64,000 bases of DNA, taken from positions 14,569,375-14,633,374 of the forward strand of contig OZ316897.1 of assembly GCA_973895155.1 (NCBI GenBank), in the 5' to 3' direction. This DNA comes from Marsupella aquatica. Its lineage: Eukaryota; Plantae; Marchantiophyta. The translations under genes were made by a program, and so were the position numbers. This document shows, piece by piece, positions 21,326-33,341 of this stretch. A model generated the notes under the pieces. That model was not told where the DNA came from. It searched no databases and saw only the letters and a program-made list of their open reading frames with translations. Position 1 is the stretch's first letter. Every line of letters starts with the position of its first letter.

Positions 21326-24300
21326 CTTGCCGGGGGGGGGGGGTTAGATTAGAGGGAAAACATTATCTCTCTCATTTTTTACCTGTACTGTCTTGTGCTA
21401 TTTGGGGTTCCTTAGGGAGATTTCCCATCATGGTTTTTTGTGGATGTGACACTATGGTCATAAATAATACACCTCCATCATAATGGGGTAATCATTGAAT
21501 TGTTGTTACTACTACAAATATTCATTGTTGAATTACTCCAGAACTTACATGCAAAATTGGTTGATTACATACCACAACGGTACTTGAATGAGATGATATT
21601 GGGCCTAACAGGGTCACAATCCCTAGAAGAATTAATGCAGACAGTGGGAACAACAAGTCCTGCTCCTTATTAGGCTCCGGCCCATTCAACTGTGGATCTG
21701 AGTGTACAATTGGATTGCATCTGATTACTCGTTGACTGCGAGAAGAGAACATTATAATTTGCATCTTCACAAACAAAGAGTGGTGTGGATTCATTGACAT
21801 AGTTTACCGTGAAGGAGAAGTTATGGTGCCAAAGAAGTGGAAGGAAGGTGTGGACATCAATGAGGACCTACCGTAGTTGATATCTTAGACTTGGAGTGGC
21901 ACAAAAGTGAAAAAATAGGAAAAAGCCCAGGGAAAAAGGGGGAGAGAAAACACAGGGTACCCTACCTTTTATAAGTTAGAATGTGTTTGAGGGTGCACGG
22001 TCTCATAAATAGTACTCTCAACTATTCATCAAAACAAATCCATAGTATATAGAGTACCCAGTTGATGATACTAGTTGACAAGGTCCAAAGGTACTCATTG
22101 GAAACACTCTAGTAACGACGGGTACCCAACCTTAGCTTTTATAAGTCTTAGAATGTTTTTGAGGGTACATGGTCTCATAAATAGTACCCTTGACTATTCA
22201 TTGAAACGAATCCATATTATACTGAGTACCCAGTTTATAAAGCCATTTCAGGTAACCAATTTTGACAAGTAAACACAAGGTACTCAGTCTCTTACAATGT
22301 GTTTTTGAGGGTACCCAGTCTCATCAAGTGTACTATATGTATGATACAGATCCAAGTCAAAATACTTGAGAGTGTCCTGCACTCTTTATATTGAGATAGA
22401 TAGCACAAATGATAGCCTCTACAATTTCAGGGTAATTAGAGGGTACCATTTAATCTAAATCTCATTCTTCTGGGTATCATTTCTCAACAAGTGTATCCAG
22501 ATAGCATGATATTTTGTACAGTAATTGGGAGTACCCGGCCTGTTTATCTCACTAATAAGTTGTGATCATAGGCTAAGTTTTGAAAAATGACCATGTACAA
22601 TGGCTAAGTGTTCAATCAGTTTTGACTGAGTCATCTTATAATTCAAAGTACACAATGGGTATGTTGTACCATTGCAAGCTCATGCAAGACACAATAATTT
22701 ACTCCTTCATATATATCCTCAGGTAAACAATTTTGAACATTCCTCAAGTAATCAGTAAATCTTCCTCTCTGACTGAAACTCATTCTTAAGCTGACCATCT
22801 CCAACAATGCTAGATTCTGATGTCATGGAGTTGTCATGTATACAGAAAATGCATTTCCTTGGCAATCCAACTCTGTCCACATTCATAGGCTTTTGGATTG
22901 ACATCACACCATAAACCGTATTGTTTGCATTGCCGGCCCGATTGCCAAAACGCCTTACCTAAATAACTTTCAAAACATGTCTCTCTATCATTTGAATGTC
23001 TCTAACCACAAACAAACTTCTTGTAGTAGTAGCAGAATGTGTATAGGCAGTCAAGTAGGCAGTTAATCAAGTTCACTAAAGGTATCCCATGGTCCTATAT
23101 CAGATATAGCACTAAATTATACCTCGAGTTAAAATATGAGCTATTCTGCAGTGAAGATTATTACCCTTGCTATAGTGCTGCATATATGTGTGTTTCAAGC
23201 ACCTTATTGATACTAGTTTTATACAAATGACCGCATAGACCACATATACTCTTGGTAATGTGGCAAACAAGGCTCTCGATCAAAAACTCTTCCAATAGCT
23301 CCATAACCTTTGTACATGCCGACTGCTCCATACAATTGTATACATGTTTGTATACCTTATAGGGATCAAGCGGGGGATTAAGTATTGTTGCATTGCATAC
23401 TTTGTATCGACCAGGTACGTCATCTCCAATGGAAAGGGAGACTATCAACTCGAGTTTCCGTTTCAAACATCGATGAACATTGATATCACACTAAGTCCAG
23501 TCATTGTTTCATCGATGGACTATGACTCTATAAATCTTTTGATCATACTCTATTGCCAGTGGAGAGAAGGAAGACAGTGAGTGGAGTGTATACTCTCTCA
23601 CTCAAACCTTTTATTCTATTTCATTTGTCCTGATATTTTTTTATGAGTTCTATGTGGTTTGTCACAAAAAAGATATAAAATTATCAAACGAGTCTATTAT
23701 ATATTTTTTCATTGGATTGTGGGTCCAGAGCACTTTTGATGCATTTATATGAGAGATTTGATATTCTATGAGCCTCAAGATTTTTTGATACTGACATGAC
23801 TTATATTTTGTGTCAAAACCTTCATAGACAATGAGTCCAAGTACTAAGGTTGGCAACCAAATGATGAAGATAATTGGTATTACAAACTGACTGTCATTTG
23901 TTGTTGACAATATTTGTTGCTAACATACAAGTTCTTGATAAACAGAATCTCCTAGAATTTCCTTGAATGATGTTCTAACTAACAAATATCGATTACAAGT
24001 ATATGCAACATAAACTAACACTGACAAGATTTTTTGAATTGATAGACGCTATACCCCATGAGATATTATAAAAATGTAAACTATTGATCTTTAAAATATA
24101 TATTTGAAGCCCCAAAAATTTATGCAACACAATTGTCTCATCATTATGCAAGCAGTCTCTTGGTCATTGACATTCTTGAGCACGGAAACATGACCTCTCC
24201 TTATACTGTGAAGATTTATTTTCTATACAAATCCTCCCATTTGTGATAAATGAGTGATGATTTATCAAGGGCACTATAGCCCCAATAGTGTTTACGACAT

Positions 24301-25649
24301 TTCTCTATTGTCACAAGAATCATATCCTTACTTAATGTATGAAGTTTGCGATAGTGATCTTTATTTTTAAGATACTGATGTCCTAGCAGGTGAACTCCAC
24401 CCAAACCCGGATGAGAGGTGTATCCACAATCAAAATAAATGGTGGCGTCAAAGGTGATCTAGAAGACACTTTGATGTAATATTTAGCAAGTAAAAGAAAA
24501 AATGATGCCAACAAAGAAATGGATGATGAATTTTAGAACTTGCTATAGTTAATTGCACTAGATCTTTCCTGTCAGGGTATTCATTACTCTTCCTCTGTGA
24601 ACTAAATCTTTCATGACATTACACATCACTTTTCTTATTCTAGGTGGCAATAGGATCCATGGGTGTGAGAACTGATTCCTCTGACTCCTGTCTCTTCCCA
24701 GCAAATTTGGACCATTAAAAATTTGTATTAGTAAAAAATATTTCTTGTTTCATTTCATCCATAGACATTTTGGTTGGAACATCAATATCAATGACATTAT
24801 TTACACAACTTTTTTCCAATGATACACCCATTCTTCTACAACAGCCATGAAGAGGGGCTTGAACATCTTAAGTAGATGTCTAATATTATTAGAATCAGTT
24901 TAATTCATCAAGGGAGTTTTTAAGAGCATCTAGAGTGTTCACCAGCTGCAACAGAGTAAGGCAAATTCAGACATTGATTGTGTCCATAATTTGACCTTGG
25001 AAATTGAACATTATAGGTCCTTTGCAGCCGCTTCATAAGAGGAGTTCACTGTAAGACAATACTCTACAATCAGGCATAACAGATTGAGATTTCAAAACCG
25101 CTAAAGATCCTTCTTTCAAAAGTTTGGTGGCCTCACAACACAATACAGTTTAAGATATCACTATCTCATTTCCTATAACACATATCTCCCAAGACAGTTT
25201 GCACTTTGTTGAAGTGTCATCCAATTCGCTAAACCCAAGCATTTTTGGAAATGAGTAGACATGGCTTATCTCCAATAACAAGGTATGAAATACATTTTAG
25301 AGTTTGACTCTATCGTTTGCACGCTTTTGAATATTTGACAACTCCTTCAAGAGAGAGAATTCATTGCAGGTAGACTTAGAAAAAGCTATAATAAATTAGA
25401 CAGAAGGTCCCACACCTTTCTTTTTTTTTGGACAATAAGGTGAGTGACAGAGTGTTGTTTTGGAAGAGACATCTGACACTCTCGTCTGCAAGCTCTCAAA
25501 TTTCTGGCAATTCCTTCAGCAAAGATAATTCTTTACAGGTAGACTCGAAAAAAGCTAAGGGGAACTAGTATGAAAGAAGGGTCCCATATATCTGTTGAAT
25601 TTTTTTTGGATGACAAGGTGAGGGAGGAGGAGAAAAATAATGGCATGCC

Positions 25650-26700
25650 GAATTCAAGAATGAGACTGCTATAGCATGTTCGTTCTAAGACATAGCTATT
25701 TTAACTTATTGACAATAATGTTAATGGTACAGGGCTGTGTAAACTACCAATTCATTTAAATAGTTTATCCAATAGCAGCTATACCATCCTATTCAAATGT
25801 ATTAAAATAGTCATTCAAAGAAATAAATTGAATAAAAATGCTGCACACCTTTAAAGTGAAGAAATTACCCTATTGTTTAGGTGAAAGACAAATACATAAT
25901 TTATCAGTCAAAGTACCCTAGGGGTATAGGTTGACAGAGAAGTATGCTAGCTTTGTATTTCAGCTTTGTACTACTCTATTCTAGGCTCCTATTGAGAGAT
26001 TCACTATTTAGGTAACACCTGTTAATCTCTAAGCCATAAGGGTTGGAAAGTTTTTCACCAATGGAGATATAATCTAAAGGGCATTTGGTTTTTGTACTGG
26101 TGCATCCTAGTGAGTCTAACCTTGCCATGAAGTAGAAAAGGAGTGACAGAATACAAATCTCATCAAATACATATTAAGCTAAGTATCTTAGTAAAACCTA
26201 ACATAACAAACGAAAATCATGTACTTGAAATAATTAAAGGGGTTAGAAAAATTGTTGAATTCAAACCAATAGAAAGTGAAATGATAGACTAGGCTAGGTT
26301 TAAGAGAAAATTCAGAACTTATTCCTCTAATAAGACAAAATAGGGTAGAAGGCATTCACCATATAGCAGCTCCAAATGAGCCATATTCAAGAATGAGACT
26401 GCTATAATGGTGGGGACACCTTTTTCCTATCTTGTCTTATTAGAATAGATGGTTAAGTATTTTACATACATATGGTCTAGTCTATACTCTCACTTTGTAT
26501 TAATTTGAATTAGCTATTTCTCCTACTCCTCTAATTTTTTAACTCCTTAGTTTTTTTAATTAATCTGTTATAAATAAATATATATATATATATATATACA
26601 TACACTAAATTTTTACTTTTTTTTAAATAAATTGTTATTTACATTAAATTAGGTAAAAATTGTCACCTTACAAGGCTCAACATGTGTTAGGTTATGCCTC
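25650..26700. repeat. Degenerate AT-rich repeat family, head-to-head copies; relatives at ~33830-34980
   Basis: GTTCTAAGACA..TTTTAACTTATT (25682) is inverted at ~34160 and ~34945. Inverted arms CTAATAAGACAA / TTGTCTTATTAG flank ~26385. Confidence 0.6.
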
Positions 26701-26840
26701 TAGTATAACCTATATACTTCCATAGTACTAGCTAGACTTCAATATACTAGGATAGCACTAGTTTGAGTTCCAGGTTTCCATAGACCATGGGAGGGGGTAT
26801 ACCCAAGGGGAACACAAACTTGTGCTCACATTTGAAGGTT

Positions 26841-27315
26841 TGTTGAGCATAGACGACGATCGCAACGGCAAGCCCATGAACCATCCAACGCACAATAGTC
26901 GACACAAGAGATACGTGGTTCACCTCCTTGAGGCTACGTCCACGGGAACACACAAGAGAGCTTTACTGAACTCTAAGCCCGTCGGCTATACCGAGTCTCC
27001 ACAGTGTAAGCTCTCCCTATCTCTCAAGTGGCTCCATAACAATGAGCCTTGGTTCTACCTCTCCAAGCACACATGCCTCTTATGATATAGTGTGCAACTT
27101 AGTTGTACCTAACCACATAGTTGTACCTAACCACATAGTTGTACCTAATCACGTAGTTGTACCTAACCACATAGTTGTACCTAATCACGTAGTTGTACCT
27201 AACCACATAGTTGTACCTAATCACGTAGTTGTACCTAACCACGTAGTTGTACCAACCCACGTTGTTGTACCAACCACGTCATACCTAACCTAGACGTAAG
27301 AGTAAATACCCAACA
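26841..27315 (-). repeat. 3' LTR of Copia-1 (475 bp; ten 18-bp units)
   Basis: Appears identical to the 5' LTR apart from four extra 18-bp units. Confidence 0.97.
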
Positions 27316-27530
27316 ATCTTCCCCTTGACTCTGGTCTAGGGGAGAGTAATACTGCCAATGTATATGATCCCTCAGCGGGAAGTTCTGGACAGAAACCAAA
27401 CCGGTTTCCCTCTCTAACTAGAGCAAACCAGAACTAAGCCGTAGCCTAATACATAGGAATGAGGAAGAGCATATATCAGTAATTACAATGAATGTTTAAG
27501 AAAACTCTACTTGTGATGCAATTGCAAAAC

Positions 27531-30500
27531 CTACAATACGTCACGGTGTCTAGAGAAACTCTCCAAAGGAATCACTTTGGTAAATGCGTCAGCCGGGTTG
27601 AGTTTACCATCAATCTTGACTAGCTCAAACAAATTATCAGACACAGCCTGCCTGATAAAATGGTACCTGACGTCAATGTGCTTCACTCTGCTGTCCATCA
27701 CCTGGTTCACAGCAAGGTGGAGCGCACTTTGACTATCACAATGGAGCTTCACATTCCCCTGTGGCAATCCCATTTCAGTGATAAGTCTATCCAACCAAAT
27801 CGCTTCCTTTGCTGCTTCCGCAGCTGCAACATACTCCGCTTCTGTAGTAGACTGAGCAATACACTTCTGCAAAGTAGACCTCCAACTTATGCATCCACCG
27901 CCAAGTGTGAACACGTATCCTGTTGTTGATCTCCTTCGGTCCAAATCTTGTCCATAGTCAGAATCTACATAGCCAATCAATGATCTAGCATTCTTTGCAT
28001 TCGCATCAAATAAAAGACCATGATCCACGGTACCCTTCAAGTACCTGATAATCCACTTCACTGCTTCCCAGTGTACCTTCCCTGGATTCGACATGTACCT
28101 GCTCACCTTGCCCATAGCCATGGCAAGATCAGGTCTAGTGTAAGTCATCAAATACATGAGACTCCCCACTGCCTTGTCATATGGAACCTTTGACATCAAC
28201 CCCTTCTCTGTGTCATCCGTAGGACAGAACGCTGATGATAACTTGAAGTGTGGAGCCAACGGGGTACTTACTGGCTTGCTATTCTCCATGTTGAACCTTG
28301 CAATTACCTTCCTCGCATAACTGCTCTGCGTCAACCATAGCTTGCCAGCCTCCAAGTCCCTAGTGATCTCCATACCCAAAATCCTCTTAGCTGGCCCTAA
28401 GTCCTTCATCTTAAACTCTGCACTAAGCAGTGCCTTGAGCTTAACAATCTCAGACCTATCCTTGGCTGCAATTAGCATGTCATCCACATAAAGTACTAAA
28501 ACAATGAACCCAAAGACAACATTCTTCACCGGTTTCAAATACACACAAGGGTCAAATACACTTCTGTGAAAACCTTGTGACCGAATCCAATCGTCAAACC
28601 GCTTGTTCCACTGTCTTGGTGACTGCTTCAACCCATACAAGGATTTCAGCAATCTGCAAACCAATTCCTCCTGTCCTCTCTTCACAAAACCTAGCGGTTG
28701 TCTCATGAAGATCACCTCTTCCAATGTGCCATAGAGGAAAGCTGTGACAACATCCATCTGATCTAGGAGCAGACCAAACATTACAACAAGTACACACAAT
28801 AGTCGTATTGTAGAGTACTTAGCAACTGGTGAGAAGACCTCATTGTAATCCACACCTTTCTCTTGTGTGAATCCCTTTGCTACCAATCTAGCCTTGTAGA
28901 CCTTCGATCCACCTCCTATGGAATTATCCTTCAGCTTGTAAATCCACTTGTTGTCCACCACTTGCTGACCCTTAGGCAGCTTAACAAGCTCCCAAGTTTT
29001 GTTGTCCTTTAGTGACTGCATCTCCGTTTGCATTGCTGCAGTCCACTTCTGCTTCTCCTTTGAAGCACTTGCCTCATGAAATGAAGAAGGTTCTCCTTCT
29101 TCCAAAATTAACGCATCACCCTCATCATCAGCTGTAAAATCATCCTCTTGCAGTTGAGATGAATCAACCCACTGTCCATACCTTGATGGAGCGCGTACAG
29201 TGCGACCAGATGTTCTTCTAGCCGATGACTCCGGTTGATCTGCGTGTGCTGGTACAATTTGAAGCTCAAGAGCATCCACTTGCTGCTCACCAGCATCAAC
29301 AAACTCCTCTGGTTCCTCTGGCACAGGAACCAGCTCCATAATTGGAGCAACTCCTTCTCTCCGGTCATGCACCTCCTTCAATAATTTTCCTTTGTCAGTA
29401 CTGGAGACCTGAGTATTCTCCCCCTCCTTCAATAATCTGGATTCATTGAAGGAAACATCCCTACTGACAACGAGCTTACAGGCAATAGGATCCCATAGCC
29501 TATAGGCTTTCACACCACTCTGGTACCCAAGAAAAACACATTTCCTGGAGGTAGGATCCAACTTGGTCCTATTCTGCTTTGGTGTGAGAGCATATGCATC
29601 ACTTCCAAAAATTACCAAGCCATGATAGTCTGCTTGCCGCTTATAGCGCATCTCAAACGGCGTTTTGAAATTGATAGCACTAGAAGGAGAAAGATTTACC
29701 AAATAAGCTGCGGTATTGACAGCTTCTGCCCAAAATTCTTGTGGTAAACCTGATTGGCTCAACATACTCCGTGACCGCTCCAACAGTGTCCGATTGAGCC
29801 TCTCAGCGACACCATTATGCTGCGGAGTATAAACTGTGGTGAGATGGCGAGTTATCCCCTGTTCTGAACAGTACTCTTCAAATTCCATTGAAGTGTACTC
29901 CCCGCCGTTGTCTGACCTCAGACTCTTCACCCTTGTATCCAAACACTTGATCGTGTTTCCAGTCTGATTCTCCACCTGGGCCTTCCACTTCTTAAAAATG
30001 GACAAGACATCAGACTTATGCGTCATGAAATAAATCCACACAAATCTTGAGTAATCATCAATAAATGATACATAGTACAACTTTCTAGAGTGTGAGGGAG
30101 TCAGGGATGGACCCCACACGTCACTATGTATGTACTCAAGAACCGCTTTGGAATGATGAGTTCCAACACCAAAAGCACGACGATGCTGCTTTCCAAGAAT
30201 GCAATGCTCACAAAACTCTAATTTATAAGATTGCAAATCAGAAATGAGTCCATTCTTCCGTAAGATAGCCAAACCCTTCTCACTCATGTGGCCTAGCCGT
30301 GAATGCCACAGTTGAGTCATCTCCTCGTGAGACTTGGTTACATTGGCCTCTCCACATACAGTATTGCCCTGTAACACATACAAATTCTTTTGTCTACTCC
30401 CCTTCAAAATCACTGTCTCTCCCGACCTGACTTGAAGTTCACCATCAATAACGCTCCATTGATGACCATTTGAATCCAACACACCGAGTGAAATCAGATT

Positions 30501-30749
30501 CTTACGCATGCCAGGTACATACCTGACTCCGGACACTGTGCGCACAGCGCCATCAAACATTTGAATCTTCACAGACCCAATTCCCTCAATTTGACAGGAG
30601 TGATCATTTCCCATCAGAACTGAACCGTTTGAAATAGAGTAAGAACTGAAAAACTCACGAATGTAACAAATATGAAAAGAGCAAGCACAATCAAGAATCC
30701 ACACATCATCTGCTCTCCTAGATGACGTGCACAGGGCATACCCCCGGCT
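27531..30749 (-). CDS. Copia Pol (PR-IN-RT-RH), open
   Basis: WILD protease, HHCC, SDNGGEY integrase, YKARLVAKG, YVDD, YVDSD/TEAEY/CDSQSA RNase H. Confidence 0.95.
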   Translation of the reverse strand, partial: SRGYALCTSSRRADDVWILDCACSFHICYIREFFSSYSISNGSVLMGNDHSCQIEGIGSVKIQMFDGAVRTVSGVRYVPGMRKNLISLGVLDSNGHQWSVIDGELQVRSGETVILKGSRQKNLYVLQGNTVCGEANVTKSHEEMTQLWHSRLGHMSEKGLAILRKNGLISDLQSYKLEFCEHCILGKQHRRAFGVGTHHSKAVLEYIHSDVWGPSLTPSHSRKLYYVSFIDDYSRFVWIYFMTHKSDVLSIFKKWKAQVENQTGNTIKCLDTRVKSLRSDNGGEYTSMEFEEYCSEQGITRHLTTVYTPQHNGVAERLNRTLLERSRSMLSQSGLPQEFWAEAVNTAAYLVNLSPSSAINFKTPFEMRYKRQADYHGLVIFGSDAYALTPKQNRTKLDPTSRKCVFLGYQSGVKAYRLWDPIACKLVVSRDVSFNESRLLKEGENTQVSSTDKGKLLKEVHDRREGVAPIMELVPVPEEPEEFVDAGEQQVDALELQIVPAHADQPESSARRTSGRTVRAPSRYGQWVDSSQLQEDDFTADDEGDALILEEGEPSSFHEASASKEKQKWTAAMQTEMQSLKDNKTWELVKLPKGQQVVDNKWIYKLKDNSIGGGSKVYKARLVAKGFTQEKGVDYNEVFSPVAKYSTIRLLCVLVVMFGLLLDQMDVVTAFLYGTLEEVIFMRQPLGFVKRGQEELVCRLLKSLYGLKQSPRQWNKRFDDWIRSQGFHRSVFDPCVYLKPVKNVVFGFIVLVLYVDDMLIAAKDRSEIVKLKALLSAEFKMKDLGPAKRILGMEITRDLEAGKLWLTQSSYARKVIARFNMENSKPVSTPLAPHFKLSSAFCPTDDTEKGLMSKVPYDKAVGSLMYLMTYTRPDLAMAMGKVSRYMSNPGKVHWEAVKWIIRYLKGTVDHGLLFDANAKNARSLIGYVDSDYGQDLDRRRSTTGYVFTLGGGCISWRSTLQKCIAQSTTEAEYVAAAEAAKEAIWLDRLITEMGLPQGNVKLHCDSQSALHLAVNQVMDSRVKHIDVRYHFIRQAVSDNLFELVKIDGKLNPADAFTKVIPLESFSRHRDVL

Positions 30750-31784
30750 TCATAAAACATACTCATCATTGAGTAAATCAGCTTCTCCATCAGCCCTAGC
30801 CACATTTGCCGATGAAGTTTCTGCTGCCTTTCCCTTACAGTCTCGCTTGAAGTGTCCAACTTGGTTGCACTTCCAACATGTCACCTGCCTCCTCTGAGGG
30901 GATTTACCCTTGGACTTAGATCTGGATTTAGATCTAAACTGGGTTCTACGGTCCCCAGTTGGTCGCTGCATACTCCTCCCACGGTTAACATTGAGGGCAG
31001 CACCAGATGATGAAGGCTGTGACGTGATGTGCATCTTCTGCTGAAGATCATAACTAAGCAGAGAACTTACCACGTCATTGTATGAAATGGTATCCCTATC
31101 ACGATGCAACAACACTCGTGATAGGGACTGGTAAGATGGAGGCAATGAACTAAGAAGCTGCAGAGCCTTCGTCTCATCATTCAAAGTCTCCCCAAGGTTT
31201 TCCAAGTCAACGACCATATCGTTGAAAGCATCCACATGGTCTTGCAACTTCGTACCAGATTCCTTCATCCTGAAACTCATCAGTTTGTAGGAAGTGTAGA
31301 GCCGGTTCGACAACTCCTTGCGGTGATACTTGCTCTGCAATTCCGCAAATAAGGACATGCAATCCTTATGTGCACCCAACTGCTTGATGATGGGAGGCAT
31401 GAGATAGAGTGTAACACATCACACTCCCTGCTCCTGCATGCGGTCCCATTGTTTCTCATCAACATCGTCTTCACGAGGGCTCAGCAGTTGGCCCATCCCT
31501 GACGCATAAAGCACTCCCTTCACCTGCTTCTCCCATAGCAAGTAGTCAGAGCGCCCATCATACTTTGTCACTTCATACTTGGGTCCCCCAAGCTTGAAAG
31601 TCCCCATCTTCTTCTTTACCGTGAGCTCCGGTAGTAGTACTGCTTCCTCCACCACACGCCGCACCGGTGATGGTATCGGTGTCACGTGCTCTTCCTCCTG
31701 CTCCTCTCTCTGCCCCTGAAACCTCCGCGGTGACCCTCGTGCTTCAAGTTCCACGTCTTCGAAAAACTCCTCCGAATCACTCAT
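30750..31784 (-). pseudogene. Copia Gag with one internal in-frame TGA (31419-31421)
   Basis: KYDGRSDYLLW, LLSSLPPSY, CWKCNQVGHFKRDC; the two ORFs are in the same frame (GV*CVTLYLMPP). Confidence 0.9.
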
Positions 31785-32938
31785 ATGAGAAAGTCACAAA
31801 AAATGTTGTTTTTCACAACTTCTCAAAAAACTCGAAACTCAACACCGCCGCGTAGCCCACAAAGCTAGGAGTCCAATACTGAAAACCGAAATCAAAATCG
31901 AAATTTGACGGAAAAGTTATTCAAATTTCGGTCGAGGTGGGTAAAACCTTGGGAAACTCCCCCGTTTTGACCACCTCAGGGAATAACCGAAATACCAAGT
32001 ACAACCCGTTGTCGGAATTGCGATGTGATTGGTGCGCTGCATTGCCAACTTCAATGGCTACGACCTCGCCGAAAAATAACCAAAAAAGTTACCGTTCGGC
32101 GGATGAAATCTTTGTCGGACGGTCAAAAAATAGCTCTCTGGTTTTTTGGAATATTCTATGACCCTTGTACAGGCCCTGTGGGAATTTTGGAAGAACAATC
32201 GAGGGGCTGACATGTGTCCTCGAACCCCCAAAACCCCCTACCACCCTTCGTCGTCGAAATCTGGTCGCGCGCGCAGAAAATACACACGGCAGAATGTACC
32301 CCTCGACACCAAACGCAAGATATCTCACTCGGGTTTTGACTAAATCAAGATCCGATTTCAGATTTGGAAACTAGACTCCGAGGCGATGAAGATCGATATA
32401 AGAAGCACCCAAAACAAGGAAAGAACGAGGGAGAAAAAAATTGGTAAAGATGACAGATTTCTCTCAATTGCCATAGCCAATTTCGAATCAGTTTTTCAAA
32501 GAGAAAAAAATGGTACCTTGTCAACAACGAATGTTGATCAATTGCACTTGGTGCCGTCACCAAGTCCAACAAGGTAATTGATTTTGCTTAGCCTTCCTCT
32601 TTGCATCAAAGAGCCAATCCCGGACTCAAAAACAATCGTCTTGCCTCAATCTCTCCGTTGAGTCAAAACACTTGACGCTTCTCCCTCCGAGTCGATTGCC
32701 AACTTTCTTCACAAAATCCAGAACGACGAAAACTTAGATCTCTCTGCACCACGAGCTCCGTTCAACGATTTCTTCACACCGTTAGAAAGCTCTTGCCCTG
32801 ATCTATCCGTTGAGCCCATAAACTCCAAGTTCCATGCGATGGAACTCTGGAAAATCCACCAACACTCAACGCTGGAAAAACCGTCATGAAATCCCGTCAC
32901 GAACACACGTCACCTCCCAAGCATGCTCTGATACCAAT

Positions 32939-33341
32939 TGTTGAGCATAGACGACGATCGCAACGGCAAGCCCATGAACCATCCAACGCACAATAGTCGA
33001 CACAAGAGATACGTGGTTCACCTCCTTGAGGCTACGTCCACGGGAACACACAAGAGAGCTTTACTGAACTCTAAGCCCGTCGGCTATACCGAGTCTCCAC
33101 AGTGTAAGCTCTCCCTATCTCTCAAGTGGCTCCATAACAATGAGCCTTGGTTCTACCTCTCCAAGCACACATGCCTCTTATGATATAGTGTGCAACTTAG
33201 TTGTACCTAACCACATAGTTGTACCTAACCACATAGTTGTACCTAATCACGTAGTTGTACCTAACCACGTAGTTGTACCAACCCACGTTGTTGTACCAAC
33301 CACGTCATACCTAACCTAGACGTAAGAGTAAATACCCAACA
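32939..33341 (-). repeat. 5' LTR of Copia-1 (403 bp; six 18-bp units)
   Basis: Direct repeat of 26841-27315. Confidence 0.97.

Larger units (their letters stand above)
26841..33341 (-). mobile_element. Full-length, young Ty1/Copia LTR retrotransposon (Copia-1)
   Basis: LTRs at 26841-27315 and 32939-33341 (TG..CA), 5-bp TSD AGGTT, tRNA-iMet PBS TGGTATCAGAGC (32925-32936), PPT at 27316-27328. Confidence 0.98.

Noticed and set aside
27042-27293. ORF with VVPNH repeats
   Set aside because: Translation of the 18-bp LTR tandem array, not a gene.
30745-30756. Stop/start reinitiation (ATGA in Copia-1, TGATG in Copia-2) as the route to Pol
   Set aside because: The overlapping ATGs are out of frame with pol in both elements.
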